Positions 12,465-22,187 of a DNA stretch of 64,000 bases are shown one piece after another (the first letter of the stretch is position 1; each line of letters starts with the position of its first letter). The position numbers and the translations under genes are program-made. Origin of the DNA: an uncultured Alphaproteobacteria bacterium (GTDB lineage Bacteria > Pseudomonadota > Alphaproteobacteria > HIMB59 > GCA-002718135); contig CACNLM010000001.1 in NCBI GenBank assembly GCA_902621305.1, positions 73,005 to 137,004 of the forward strand. The letters are read 5' to 3'. The notes below the pieces were generated by a model. That model had not been told where the DNA came from. It was given only the letters and a program-made list of their open reading frames with translations, and did no database searches.

Positions 12465-13385
12465 GTGGAGGTTAAAACCTTATTAGAGGAGGGCTACAGC
12501 AATAATATCTTTTTAAGAAAAACTAGAGGTTATTACGAGCTCATGAAGCCAAGAGTAATGTCTCTAGTTATTTTTACTGCCTTCACTGGAATGTTTTTGG
12601 CACCAGACCAGATTCCTATTTTAAATTATTTAATTATTATTGTTGCAGTTGCTTTAGGAGCAGGTTCTTCAGCTGCAATCAATATGTGGTTTGATGAAGA
12701 TATAGATAGAACTATGGAAAGAACTAAACTGAGGCCAATTCCTCTGGGAATTGTATCCAAAAATGAAGCTTTAGTTCTTGGAATTCTCACTGGAACAGTA
12801 TCATTAATTTTAATGCAATGGTTTTCTAATTCACTTGCTACAAGCTTATTACTTTTTACAATTTTGTTTTATATATTTATTTATACCTTTTGGTTAAAAA
12901 GAACCACATCGCTTAACATTGTAATAGGTGGAGCAGCTGGAGCTATTCCACCAATAATTGGATGGACATCCGTTACTCCTGAGATTAGTCTTTTGCCATT
13001 AAGTATGTTTGTAATTATTTTTTTTTGGACCCCACCACATTTCTGGGCTTTATCAGTTTATAGATTTAATGATTATGCAAAAGCTAAAGTTCCTATGTTA
13101 CCAAATGTTAGCAGTATAGATGAAACAAAAAAACAAATTATTTATTACTCAGTAATTTTGATAGCTTCAAGCTATCTTCCTTATATTGATAGGGGAGTAG
13201 GTTTAATATATTTTGTAATAGCAACAATTCTAAATTTTTTTTTACTTAACAACGCAATTAAGTTAAAAAAATCTAAAGAAAAAAAATCAATTCCAAATAC
13301 TGAGGGATTAAAATTTTTTGCATTAACTATATTTTACCTTTTTAGTTTGTTTGCTGGATTATTAATTGATCATGTGATTATGTAA
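12465..13385 (+). CDS. ctaB: protohaem IX farnesyltransferase (haem O synthase)
   Basis: A UbiA-family membrane protein with YELMKPRV, NMWFDEDIDRTMERTKLRPIP and PPHFWAL. The start is GTG. Confidence 0.9.
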   Translation: MEVKTLLEEGYSNNIFLRKTRGYYELMKPRVMSLVIFTAFTGMFLAPDQIPILNYLIIIVAVALGAGSSAAINMWFDEDIDRTMERTKLRPIPLGIVSKNEALVLGILTGTVSLILMQWFSNSLATSLLLFTILFYIFIYTFWLKRTTSLNIVIGGAAGAIPPIIGWTSVTPEISLLPLSMFVIIFFWTPPHFWALSVYRFNDYAKAKVPMLPNVSSIDETKKQIIYYSVILIASSYLPYIDRGVGLIYFVIATILNFFLLNNAIKLKKSKEKKSIPNTEGLKFFALTIFYLFSLFAGLLIDHVIM

Positions 13386-13492
13386 TGAAAAATAGAAGAA
13401 AAAAAAATATAATAACTTTAATAATCCTACTCTGTGTTGTCGCCTTCTTTTATTTATATACCATATTTAAAGCAAATATTTTAGGGGTTTAA
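13385..13492 (+). CDS. 35-aa single-TM micro-protein between ctaB and ctaG (not in the ORF track)
   Basis: My own translation gives MKNRRKKNIITLIILLCVVAFFYLYTIFKANILGV*. The ATG overlaps the ctaB stop as TAATG, and its own stop lies 1 nt before the ctaG TTG. A basic N-terminus followed by one hydrophobic helix is typical of small cox-cluster membrane proteins. Confidence 0.45.
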   Translation: MKNRRKKNIITLIILLCVVAFFYLYTIFKANILGV

Positions 13493-13493
13493 G

Positions 13494-14009
13494 TTGGCAA
13501 ATATTAGAACTGCAATTGGATTATCTTTTATAGTTTTGATTATGATAACGCTTGTTGCATTTTCAGTACCTATTTATGATCTTTTTTGTCGAGTAACGGG
13601 CTTTGGAGGCAAAACAAACACATCTGAGTTTAGTTCAAACACAATATTAGAAAGAGATATAAACTTGAAATTTAATGCGGATGTTAATGATAGTATAAAT
13701 TGGTCTTTTGAAGCTCCTGAAAAAATTAATTTTAAAGTTGGTGAAAATATGCTTGTTAATTACAAAGCAACAAATCTCTCTAATGTTGAAAATATTGGAA
13801 CTGCAACTTTTAACGTTTTACCTCAAAAAGTTGGCCCTTATTTTATAAAAACACAATGTTTTTGTTTTGAGAAACAAACCCTAAAACCGGGTGAGACTGT
13901 TGAAATGCCAGTTGTATTTTATGTAGATCCATCAATTAGTGAAGATCCTACAATGAAAGATGTTGAAGAGATAACATTGTCATATACTTTTTTTAAATAT
14001 ATAGAATAA
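13494..14009 (+). CDS. ctaG: cytochrome c oxidase assembly protein CtaG/Cox11
   Basis: An N-terminal TM segment is followed by VPIYDLFCRVTGFGG and the copper-binding region QCFCF. The start is TTG. Confidence 0.9.
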   Translation: MANIRTAIGLSFIVLIMITLVAFSVPIYDLFCRVTGFGGKTNTSEFSSNTILERDINLKFNADVNDSINWSFEAPEKINFKVGENMLVNYKATNLSNVENIGTATFNVLPQKVGPYFIKTQCFCFEKQTLKPGETVEMPVVFYVDPSISEDPTMKDVEEITLSYTFFKYIE

Positions 14010-14011
14010 TT

Positions 14012-14860
14012 ATGGCGGAAAAATCTACAAGTACAGGACAGAAACACCCTTATCATTTAGTTGATCCAAGTCCACTTCCTTTTTTATCTTCAATTGCCGG
14101 GCTAGCAATGGCTGCAGGCTTGGTCTTCTACATGCATTATGGAACTAGTTGGTTGTTAATATTGGGTACAATTGGATTGTTAACTGTCATGTTCCTTTGG
14201 TGGAAAGATGTAATTAAAGAATCTACTTATCAAAAAGCTCATACTCCTGTTGTTGAGTTAGGTTTAAGATATGGCATGGCTTTATTTATTGCATCTGAAG
14301 TTATGTTTTTTGTTGCTTTTTTTTGGGCTTTTTTTGATGCAAGTCTGACTCCCAAGCTTCCAATTGAAGAATTTTCAGAAACTTTTGACTCTGAAGGTGC
14401 AGTTGGTATTTGGCCTCCAGAGGGTATTAAAACTTTTGATCCACTTGATGTTCCTTTTTTAAATACATTAATATTGCTAATGTCAGGTACTACTTGTACA
14501 TGGGCTCACCATGCTGTTAGAGAAGGTCATAGAGATCAAGCCATTCAAGCATTATGGTGTACAGTTGGTTTAGGAATTTTCTTCTCATTTATGCAGGGTG
14601 TAGAATATTACGAGGCAGCTCATCATTATTTTAGTTTTACTGATGGAATATATCCGTCAGTATTTTATATGGCTACTGGTTTTCATGGATTTCATGTAAT
14701 GGTTGGAACAGCATTTCTAGCTGTTTGTTTGTATCGTGTTTATAAAAATCATTTTACTCCAGATAGACATTTTGGATTAGAGGCTGCAGCATGGTATTGG
14801 CACTTTGTTGACGTTGTTTGGTTGTTCTTGTTTGTCTGCGTTTATGTTTGGGGTGCATAA
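14012..14860 (+). CDS. coxC: cytochrome c oxidase subunit III
   Basis: 282 aa with HPYHLVDPSP, a seven-TM pattern and the C-terminal WYWHFVDVVWLFLF. Confidence 0.95.
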   Translation: MAEKSTSTGQKHPYHLVDPSPLPFLSSIAGLAMAAGLVFYMHYGTSWLLILGTIGLLTVMFLWWKDVIKESTYQKAHTPVVELGLRYGMALFIASEVMFFVAFFWAFFDASLTPKLPIEEFSETFDSEGAVGIWPPEGIKTFDPLDVPFLNTLILLMSGTTCTWAHHAVREGHRDQAIQALWCTVGLGIFFSFMQGVEYYEAAHHYFSFTDGIYPSVFYMATGFHGFHVMVGTAFLAVCLYRVYKNHFTPDRHFGLEAAAWYWHFVDVVWLFLFVCVYVWGA

Positions 14861-15550
14861 ATTAAAAACTTTCCCATAAAATTTTTTTTATTTAGTTTAT
14901 TTTGTATTGCGCTGACAATATTTTTAGGAATTTGGCAATTGCAAAGACTGGAATGGAAAGAAAAAATTATAGCCGAATTTAATGAAATAAAGGATCAAAA
15001 ACCACTTTCACTTTCAATGGGAAAAATGAAGTATCCAAACATTGATGAGTTTACTAAAGTTATAACTTTAGGAACTGTTGACAGAAGTAAAAAAATTTTT
15101 TTCCCTGCTAAAACATTGAATGGGATTTCTGGTGTTAGAATAGCTAGTTTATTGTCAGATAATCATGGTAATAATTATTTAATTGATGAAGGTTGGTTTG
15201 AGCAAAGCAGATATGATTATTTTAAAGACAATAATGAAATAATAAATGCTGAAATTCTAGGATACATCCGATATCCAACTCAAAAAAAGATGTTTACTCC
15301 CGAGAATTCTATCTCTTCAAATGAATGGTACTATTATGATTTGGAGCAAATTCAAACTTTCTTAAATGTTAAGATAAATCAGAAGTTTTTCATTAAAAAT
15401 ATGAGTAATTACGCAGAGAATTTCTTATTACCATCATCTCAAAATCATAATTTTTCAAATAATCATTTGCAGTATGCAATTACATGGTTTTTGATGAGTT
15501 TTTCTTTTTTGATTATTTTTATAATTTATTTATTTAGGAAGAAAAAATGA
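14861..15550 (+). CDS. SURF1 family cytochrome oxidase biogenesis protein (start codon uncertain)
   Basis: The GIWQLQRLEWK motif and the C-terminal TM YAITWFLMSFSFLIIFIIYLF are typical of SURF1. The ORF-track start is TTG 14939, but the expected N-terminal TM (FFLFSLFCIALTIFLGIW) is encoded in frame upstream without any ATG, GTG or TTG. See findings. Confidence 0.8.
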   Translation: MKNFPIKFFLFSLFCIALTIFLGIWQLQRLEWKEKIIAEFNEIKDQKPLSLSMGKMKYPNIDEFTKVITLGTVDRSKKIFFPAKTLNGISGVRIASLLSDNHGNNYLIDEGWFEQSRYDYFKDNNEIINAEILGYIRYPTQKKMFTPENSISSNEWYYYDLEQIQTFLNVKINQKFFIKNMSNYAENFLLPSSQNHNFSNNHLQYAITWFLMSFSFLIIFIIYLFRKKK

Positions 15551-17025
15551 AAACATATTTAAAACTTAAAGAGATCTTTAATGAAGCTTCACTGACATCA
15601 GATATTGCAGGTATTTTACACTGGGATATGGCAACAATGATGCCTAGCAGCTCAAGAGATCAAAGATCAGATCAATTAGCCTATTTATCAAAACTTAGTC
15701 ATAGTAAAATTTCATCATCTGAAGTCGGTGATTTAATTGAAGATTCTAAGAATCTTAATCTAAGTAACAGTGATCAGAAAAACTTAAATGAAATGGATAG
15801 AGAATATAAATTAGCTTCTGCTATTCCAACGGAGCTTGTAGAAAAAATTTCAAAATCTTCAGCTAAATGTGAAGGTGTTTGGCAAGAGGCAAGGGAAAAG
15901 TCCGAATTTAATTTAGTAAAAAAAGATTTAGAAGAACTTATAAAATTAACGAAAGAAGAAGCTAATATTCTAGGGGAAACTTTTAAAATTTCTCCTTATG
16001 AAGCGCTAATAAATAAATTTGAACCTTCTTCAGAAGAAAATAAAATATCTGGAGTATTTGATGATTTACAAAAATTTCTCACACCACTTATTGATAAAAT
16101 TATTGATAAGCAAAAAAAAGAAGAAACACTTCAATTTGAAAAAAGTATTGATGAAGAAAAGCAGAAAAATATTTCTGAATATATAATGAAACAAATAGGT
16201 TTTGATTTTACAAGAGGGAGACTTGATAAAAGTGTTCACCCTTTTTGTGGAGGATCTACAAATGATGTTAGAATTACAACTAGATATAATAATGAAAATC
16301 CATTTTCATCTTTAGATGGTGTTATGCATGAAACTGGACATGCATTATATGAGCTAAACCTTCCAAAAGATTGGATGCATCAGCCAGCAGGTAAATCTAG
16401 AGGGATGGCCATGCATGAAAGTCAATCACTATTAATTGAAATGCAAATCACTAGATCTTTTGCTTTTAAAAAATTTTTATCTAATACCTTAAATAATAAA
16501 TTTGATATAAAAGACAAAGCTACAAATCCAGACAATCTTTACAAATTAGGTACTCGAGTAAACAAATCTTTTATAAGAGTTGAGTCAGATGAAGTAACCT
16601 ATCCCTTGCATATTATCTTAAGATTTAATTTAGAAAGAAAAATTTTTAACAATGAAATAAATATTGCAGACATTCCCGATGCTTGGAATCATGAATTTAA
16701 TAGATTATTTAATTTATCGATAAATAAAGACACTGATGGATGTTTACAAGATATTCATTGGTTTGCTGGATTATTTGGATACTTTCCAACATATTCTTTA
16801 GGAGCACTCACTGCTGCTCAATTTGCGTCTCAATTGAGAACTGATCAAAAGGAATTAGATAAGGAAATAGAAAATGGTGAATTTTCAAATTTAGTAAATT
16901 GGCTTAAAAAAAATATCCATGAAAAAGCTAGTTTTTTTTCAACTAATGAGGTTTTAGAACAGGTTACAAAGTCGCCTTTAAATGCTAAATATTTCAAAGA
17001 ATATATTACTAATCGCTATCTTTAA
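15547..17025 (+). CDS. carboxypeptidase Taq-like metallopeptidase (family M32)
   Basis: 492 aa with HPFCGG, the zinc site HETGHALYE, and DIHW and GYFPTYSLGA motifs. Confidence 0.9.
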   Translation: MKTYLKLKEIFNEASLTSDIAGILHWDMATMMPSSSRDQRSDQLAYLSKLSHSKISSSEVGDLIEDSKNLNLSNSDQKNLNEMDREYKLASAIPTELVEKISKSSAKCEGVWQEAREKSEFNLVKKDLEELIKLTKEEANILGETFKISPYEALINKFEPSSEENKISGVFDDLQKFLTPLIDKIIDKQKKEETLQFEKSIDEEKQKNISEYIMKQIGFDFTRGRLDKSVHPFCGGSTNDVRITTRYNNENPFSSLDGVMHETGHALYELNLPKDWMHQPAGKSRGMAMHESQSLLIEMQITRSFAFKKFLSNTLNNKFDIKDKATNPDNLYKLGTRVNKSFIRVESDEVTYPLHIILRFNLERKIFNNEINIADIPDAWNHEFNRLFNLSINKDTDGCLQDIHWFAGLFGYFPTYSLGALTAAQFASQLRTDQKELDKEIENGEFSNLVNWLKKNIHEKASFFSTNEVLEQVTKSPLNAKYFKEYITNRYL

Positions 17026-18401
17026 TGAAATATTTAAGCACAAGGGATGCTTCTCTAAGCAGATCATTTAACGATATCCTTTATCAAGGATTATCGAGAG
17101 ATGGTGGTCTGTATTTACCCCAAAGCTGGCCCAGAATAGACTTACTAAGTTTAAAAAATAAATCATACGAAGAAGTAGCATGTGAAATTATTTTTCCTTA
17201 TGTAAATGAAAATATAGAAAAATTAGAATTACAAAAAATTTTAAATGAAACTTATGCAAATTTTAATCATGAAAAAATAGCTCCATTAGTAGAATTAAAA
17301 AATAATAAATTTTTATTAGAATTAATTTATGGACCTACTTATGCTTTTAAAGATTACGCTTTACAATTTCTTGGTAACCTATTTTCTACAAGTTTAGAGA
17401 TGTCTCCAAAAAAAATTACTGTTTTAGGCGCAACTTCTGGCGATACTGGTTCAGCTGCAATTCATTCTTTTAAATCAAAAAAAGACATAAATGTATTTAT
17501 TCTACATCCTCATAATAAAGTATCACCTATTCAACAAAAACAAATGACTACAGTAATTGATAAGAATATTTTTAATATTGCTGTAGAGGGTAATTTTGAT
17601 GATTGTCAAAAAATTGTCAAAGAACTATTTGTTGATGACGAAATACAAGAGTCTACTTCTTTAACTGCAGTAAACTCTATAAATTGGGCTCGATTAATTG
17701 CGCAAGTTGTTTATTATTTTTGGGCTTACTTGCAAGCTGATAAGCAGCAAATTAATTTTATTGTTCCTTCAGGAAACTTTGGCAATATTTTTTCAGCCTT
17801 TGTTGCTAAACAAATGGGATTACCTATTGGTCATTTACATATTGCAACTAATTCTAATGATATCTTGAAGTCCATAGTAGACAATGGAGAAATGAAAAAA
17901 AAATCTGTTTTTCAAACATATAGTCCTAGTATGGATATACAAGTTTCAAGTAACTTTGAGAGGCAAATTTTTGAAAGCCTCAATAGAGACAGCAAAAGAG
18001 TAAATGAAGTATTTGAAAGTTTTTCGTCAAAAGGTTTTTATCAATTTGATGACTCTGTTCTAGCTAAGTTTCAGCAAATATATAAGGCTTCCTCAATTGA
18101 TGATAGTCAGACTCTGGAAACAATTAAATATGTATATGAAAAATTTAATTATATTGCTGATCCACACACTGCAACAGGACTAAAAGTATTATTAGATAAA
18201 AAAGATGATGAAGCATGGGTATCTTTGGTTTGTGCACATCCTGCAAAATTTGACAAAGCTGTGAATAAAGCAATTAATAAAGAAATTGAAATACCAAAAG
18301 AATTGAGCAATCTCTTTGATAAAGAGGAAAAGATGACTATATTATCAAATAGTACTATGGATGTAAAAAACTTCATCTTAGAAAAAATAAGCAATGCATA
18401 A
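17025..18401 (+). CDS. thrC: threonine synthase
   Basis: 458 aa in the long form. It has the N-terminal YLSTR and the PLP lysine context PTYAFKDYALQ, then GATSGDTGSAA and SGNFGN. Confidence 0.9.
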   Translation: MKYLSTRDASLSRSFNDILYQGLSRDGGLYLPQSWPRIDLLSLKNKSYEEVACEIIFPYVNENIEKLELQKILNETYANFNHEKIAPLVELKNNKFLLELIYGPTYAFKDYALQFLGNLFSTSLEMSPKKITVLGATSGDTGSAAIHSFKSKKDINVFILHPHNKVSPIQQKQMTTVIDKNIFNIAVEGNFDDCQKIVKELFVDDEIQESTSLTAVNSINWARLIAQVVYYFWAYLQADKQQINFIVPSGNFGNIFSAFVAKQMGLPIGHLHIATNSNDILKSIVDNGEMKKKSVFQTYSPSMDIQVSSNFERQIFESLNRDSKRVNEVFESFSSKGFYQFDDSVLAKFQQIYKASSIDDSQTLETIKYVYEKFNYIADPHTATGLKVLLDKKDDEAWVSLVCAHPAKFDKAVNKAINKEIEIPKELSNLFDKEEKMTILSNSTMDVKNFILEKISNA

Positions 18402-19647
18402 AATTACAACACTAGAAAACGGATTAAGAATAGTAACTCAAAATATGCCAGGGCTGGAAACAGTATCAATGGGTATATGGAATTTTGTTGGTGGTAGAGA
18501 TGAAACAAAAGACATAAATGGTGTTGCTCACCTTTTAGAGCATATGGCTTTTAAGGGTACATCAACGAAAAATGCTCTTCAAATTGCCGAAACAATTGAA
18601 AATGTTGGTGGAGATATAAATGCCTATACTTCAAAGGAAATAACAGCTTATTATGTAAAACTCTTAGCTGATGATCTACATTATGGAATAGATATTCTGA
18701 CAGATATTTTGCAAAATTCTACATTTGCTGAAGATGAACTTAATCGAGAAAGAGGAGTCATAATTCAAGAAATTGGAATGTACCTTGATACACCTGATGA
18801 TATGATTTTTGATTATTGGCAAGAAAAAGCATACCCGGACCAGCCAATGGGACGTTCCATATTGGGTAAAACTGATATTATTAAAAATATTTCAAGAGAC
18901 GAAGTTAAAGACTTCATGATGAATCATTATAATCCAAAAAAAATGATTATAAGTGCAGCTGGAAAGATTGACCATGATCAATTTGTAGAATCAATTAAAA
19001 AATCATGCACTAATTTACCAGCTGGATTGTCTGCTGAAAGACAAAAAGCTGATTACAAATCTGGAGAATACAGAGAAGATAAAAAATTAGAACAGATTCA
19101 CCTACTGCTTGGTTTTGAAGGTATAGATTACCACCATGACGATTACTATTCTTTATTGGTTTACTCTTCTTTATTAGGCGGAGGTATGTCATCAAGATTG
19201 TTTCAAGAGATAAGAGAGAAACGTGGTCTTGTATATGGCATTTCCTCTTTCAGCTCATCTTACACTGATACAGGTGTTTTTGGTATATATTGTGGGACAG
19301 GAGAAAATCAAATTCAAGAACTCATACCCGTTTTATGTGATCAGTTAAACGAAAGTCCTATCTCAATTACAGAAAAGGAAATCAATAGAGGTAAAGCTCA
19401 GTTGAAAGCAAGTTTAATGATGGGTAGAGAAAGTGCATTTAGAAGATGTGAGAGTGCTGCTAGACAACTTCTAGTTTTTAATAGAATAATTGAACCATCT
19501 GAAACTATTAAAAATATTGATAAAGTTTCTAAAGAAACAGTTCAAAAGATAGCCAATAAAATTGTAAGAGGACCAATAACTATATCAAGTATTGGTCCAT
19601 TATCTAAACTTGAGAATATAGATAAAATTCAATCACGTATAAATTAA
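18394..19647 (+). CDS. M16 family zinc peptidase (pitrilysin / processing-peptidase-like)
   Basis: It has the inverted zinc motif HLLEHMAFKGT followed by a downstream glutamate (ERGVIIQE). Confidence 0.85.
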   Translation: MHKITTLENGLRIVTQNMPGLETVSMGIWNFVGGRDETKDINGVAHLLEHMAFKGTSTKNALQIAETIENVGGDINAYTSKEITAYYVKLLADDLHYGIDILTDILQNSTFAEDELNRERGVIIQEIGMYLDTPDDMIFDYWQEKAYPDQPMGRSILGKTDIIKNISRDEVKDFMMNHYNPKKMIISAAGKIDHDQFVESIKKSCTNLPAGLSAERQKADYKSGEYREDKKLEQIHLLLGFEGIDYHHDDYYSLLVYSSLLGGGMSSRLFQEIREKRGLVYGISSFSSSYTDTGVFGIYCGTGENQIQELIPVLCDQLNESPISITEKEINRGKAQLKASLMMGRESAFRRCESAARQLLVFNRIIEPSETIKNIDKVSKETVQKIANKIVRGPITISSIGPLSKLENIDKIQSRIN

Positions 19648-19672
19648 ACTTTAAACAATACTAAAAAATCAT

Positions 19673-19879
19673 TTATTTTATTTTTATAGATTGATTAATT
19701 GAATGATTAAGTTCCCCATCTTCTGATGACAAATTCATAGATACTTTTATTGGTTCACCTATTTTGATTTTTCCTTCAGTAAATTTTTTTCTTACGTAAT
19801 TTTCTATTTCACGTTGAGAACTAATACCAACTTGTTTAAGAAACTTTCTAATCTCTATATTTAAATTATCTTCATCCAT
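19673..19879 (-). CDS. small conserved hypothetical protein (68 aa)
   Basis: This isolated ORF fills the gap between convergent and divergent neighbours. The N-terminus (NIEIRKFLKQVGISSQREIENYV) resembles a small alphaproteobacterial DUF family, but I cannot name it with certainty. Confidence 0.5.
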   Translation of the reverse strand: MDEDNLNIEIRKFLKQVGISSQREIENYVRKKFTEGKIKIGEPIKVSMNLSSEDGELNHSINQSIKIK

Positions 19880-19932
19880 AATTTACTATAAATTATTTTG
19901 ATAGATTCATTCAATAATGTTATTAATTTTGT

Positions 19933-20373
19933 ATGGAAACTGCTTCTTTTAAAACTAAACTTGGTTGGATTACAGTAAAAAAAAATAGTGGCAGCGTCTC
20001 TTCACTGAGTTTTGGAAAAACAAATAAAACGATTGATTTAATTAATATTAAGAAGCAGATTAATTTATATGCTTCTGGAAAACTTAAAAATTTCAAGATT
20101 AGCTATTTTTTTGAAGGCTCACCATTGCAAAAAAAAATTTGGAAAGAATTATCTAAAATTAAATATGGTAAAGTTTCAACATATGGAAAAATAGCAAAAA
20201 AAGTTGGTACATCACCAAGATATGTCGGCAATGTTTGCGGACAAAATAAACTTTTACTTATCATACCTTGTCACCGAGTGATACGTAGTGATGGGAAACT
20301 CGGAGGATTTTCTGGAAGAGGGGGGGTCAAATTAAAAAAAAGATTACTCAACTTAGAGCAAAGTGTCTCATAA
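19933..20373 (+). CDS. ogt: methylated-DNA--protein-cysteine methyltransferase
   Basis: It has the active site IIPCHRVI preceded by the HTH region YGKIAKKVG.SPRYVGN. Confidence 0.85.
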   Translation: METASFKTKLGWITVKKNSGSVSSLSFGKTNKTIDLINIKKQINLYASGKLKNFKISYFFEGSPLQKKIWKELSKIKYGKVSTYGKIAKKVGTSPRYVGNVCGQNKLLLIIPCHRVIRSDGKLGGFSGRGGVKLKKRLLNLEQSVS

Positions 20374-21106
20374 AATAATTATTCTTCAACATACGCCCTT
20401 AGTAACACCTGGGTACTTTATAAAGTTAATGAATGAAGACTTAGTAGAAACAACTATTATTCGATTGGATGAAGGAGAAAAGATTCCTGTTAATCTTGAT
20501 ATATTTGATGGAATGATATGTTTAGGTGGACCAATGGATACTTGGATGGAAGAACAATATCCATGGATGATTGAAGAAAAAAATAAGATAAAGGAATTTG
20601 TTCTAAATAATCAAAAACCATATCTCGGAATCTGTTTAGGCTGTCAATTTTTAGGAGAGATTCTTGGCGGTAAAGTAATTAAATCTAATCCTCCAGAAAT
20701 TGGGGTTCTAAATATTAATATTTTAGATAATAAAAAAAAGGATCAAATTTTTCAAAATTTTGATAATCAGATTAAAGCATTGCAATGGCATAGTTACGAA
20801 GTAAGTGAACTAAATAATTCTGAAGTTACTATTTTGGGTTCATCAGATATTACAAAATTTCAAATTTTTAAGTATAAAAATCATGCCTATGGCATTCAAT
20901 TTCATATAGAAGTAGATGAAAACACAATTATTAAATGGTCTAAAGTCCCTGAATTAAAAAATACTTTAGAAAAATATTTAGGAAAAAATTCTATTGATGA
21001 ACTGGATAATTTGCTTAGAAATAATATTCAAGAAATGAACAATAATACTAAAAAATTATACGAAAATTTTAAAAATTTAATGACTACTTTAAAGTTTCAT
21101 GCTTAA
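20363..21106 (+). CDS. type 1 glutamine amidotransferase (GuaA-N-like, stand-alone)
   Basis: It has the nucleophile elbow LGICLGCQFL and a His/Glu region (GIQFHIE). The start is GTG and overlaps ogt. Confidence 0.75.
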   Translation: MSHKIIILQHTPLVTPGYFIKLMNEDLVETTIIRLDEGEKIPVNLDIFDGMICLGGPMDTWMEEQYPWMIEEKNKIKEFVLNNQKPYLGICLGCQFLGEILGGKVIKSNPPEIGVLNINILDNKKKDQIFQNFDNQIKALQWHSYEVSELNNSEVTILGSSDITKFQIFKYKNHAYGIQFHIEVDENTIIKWSKVPELKNTLEKYLGKNSIDELDNLLRNNIQEMNNNTKKLYENFKNLMTTLKFHA

Positions 21107-21125
21107 ATAGTTTTGGAGAAAATGT

Positions 21126-22178
21126 ATGAAAAAAATTAAAGGACCTGCTATATTTTTAGCACAGTTTATAGGAGATAAAGAACCATTTAATTCACTACCT
21201 AGTATCTGCAAGTGGGTATCTGATCTTGGATATAAAGGAATACAATTACCAGCAGAAAATTTAGCAGTTTTTGATTTAGACAAAGCAGCTTCGAGTAAAG
21301 ATTATTGTGATGAAATAAAAGGAATAGCAAAAAATTTTAATCTTGAAATAACTGATATTGCATCTCATCTAACAGGTCAATTGGTTGCAGTTCATCCTGC
21401 TTATGACACACTCTTCGATGGTTTTGCTGCTGATGAAGTAAAGAGTAATCCAAAAGCTAGACAAGAATGGGCAGTAAAAAGGATGATGAATGTGGCTCAA
21501 GCATCAAAAAACTTAAATTTAAAAACTGCCGCTACATTTTCTGGTGCTTTATGTTGGCCCTTTCTTTATCCATTTCCTCAAAGACCTTCAGGTTTAGAAG
21601 ATGAAGCTTTTGGAGAATTAGCAAAAAGATGGCATCCAATTTTAGATAAATTTGATGATTGTGGTGTAGATCTTTGTTACGAAATTCACCCTAGTGAGGA
21701 TTTACATGATGGTTCAACTTTCGAAATGTTTTTAGAGAAAGTAAAGAATCATAAACGTTGTAATATGTTGTATGATCCAAGTCATTATGTTCTACAATGT
21801 TTAAACTATCTTGATCACATTGATATTTACCATGAAAGAATAAAAATGTTTCATGTTAAAGATGCAGAATTTAATCCCTCAGGCAGGCAAGGAGTTTACG
21901 GAGGTTATCAATCATGGATAAACAGAGCAGGTAGATTCAGATCACTTGGTGATGGTCAGGTTGATTTTAAATCAATTTTTTCAAAACTATCTGGTTATAA
22001 TTTTGATGGATGGGCAGTTCTAGAATGGGAATGCTGTATTAAAAGCCCTGAACAAGGTGCAGCTGAAGGAGCTCCATTTATTCAAAATCACATTATTGAA
22101 GTTACAGATAAAGCATTTGATGATTTTGCAAGTTCTGGAACTGACGAGCAAGCTAACAAAAAGATTTTAGGTATATAA
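21126..22178 (+). CDS. xylose-isomerase-like TIM-barrel protein (sugar phosphate isomerase/epimerase family)
   Basis: 350 aa with the characteristic metal-ligand pattern (YEIHPSED, FHVKD, LEWE). It is paired with a Gfo/Idh/MocA oxidoreductase. Confidence 0.7.
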   Translation: MKKIKGPAIFLAQFIGDKEPFNSLPSICKWVSDLGYKGIQLPAENLAVFDLDKAASSKDYCDEIKGIAKNFNLEITDIASHLTGQLVAVHPAYDTLFDGFAADEVKSNPKARQEWAVKRMMNVAQASKNLNLKTAATFSGALCWPFLYPFPQRPSGLEDEAFGELAKRWHPILDKFDDCGVDLCYEIHPSEDLHDGSTFEMFLEKVKNHKRCNMLYDPSHYVLQCLNYLDHIDIYHERIKMFHVKDAEFNPSGRQGVYGGYQSWINRAGRFRSLGDGQVDFKSIFSKLSGYNFDGWAVLEWECCIKSPEQGAAEGAPFIQNHIIEVTDKAFDDFASSGTDEQANKKILGI

Positions 22179-22187
22179 GGAGTTATT

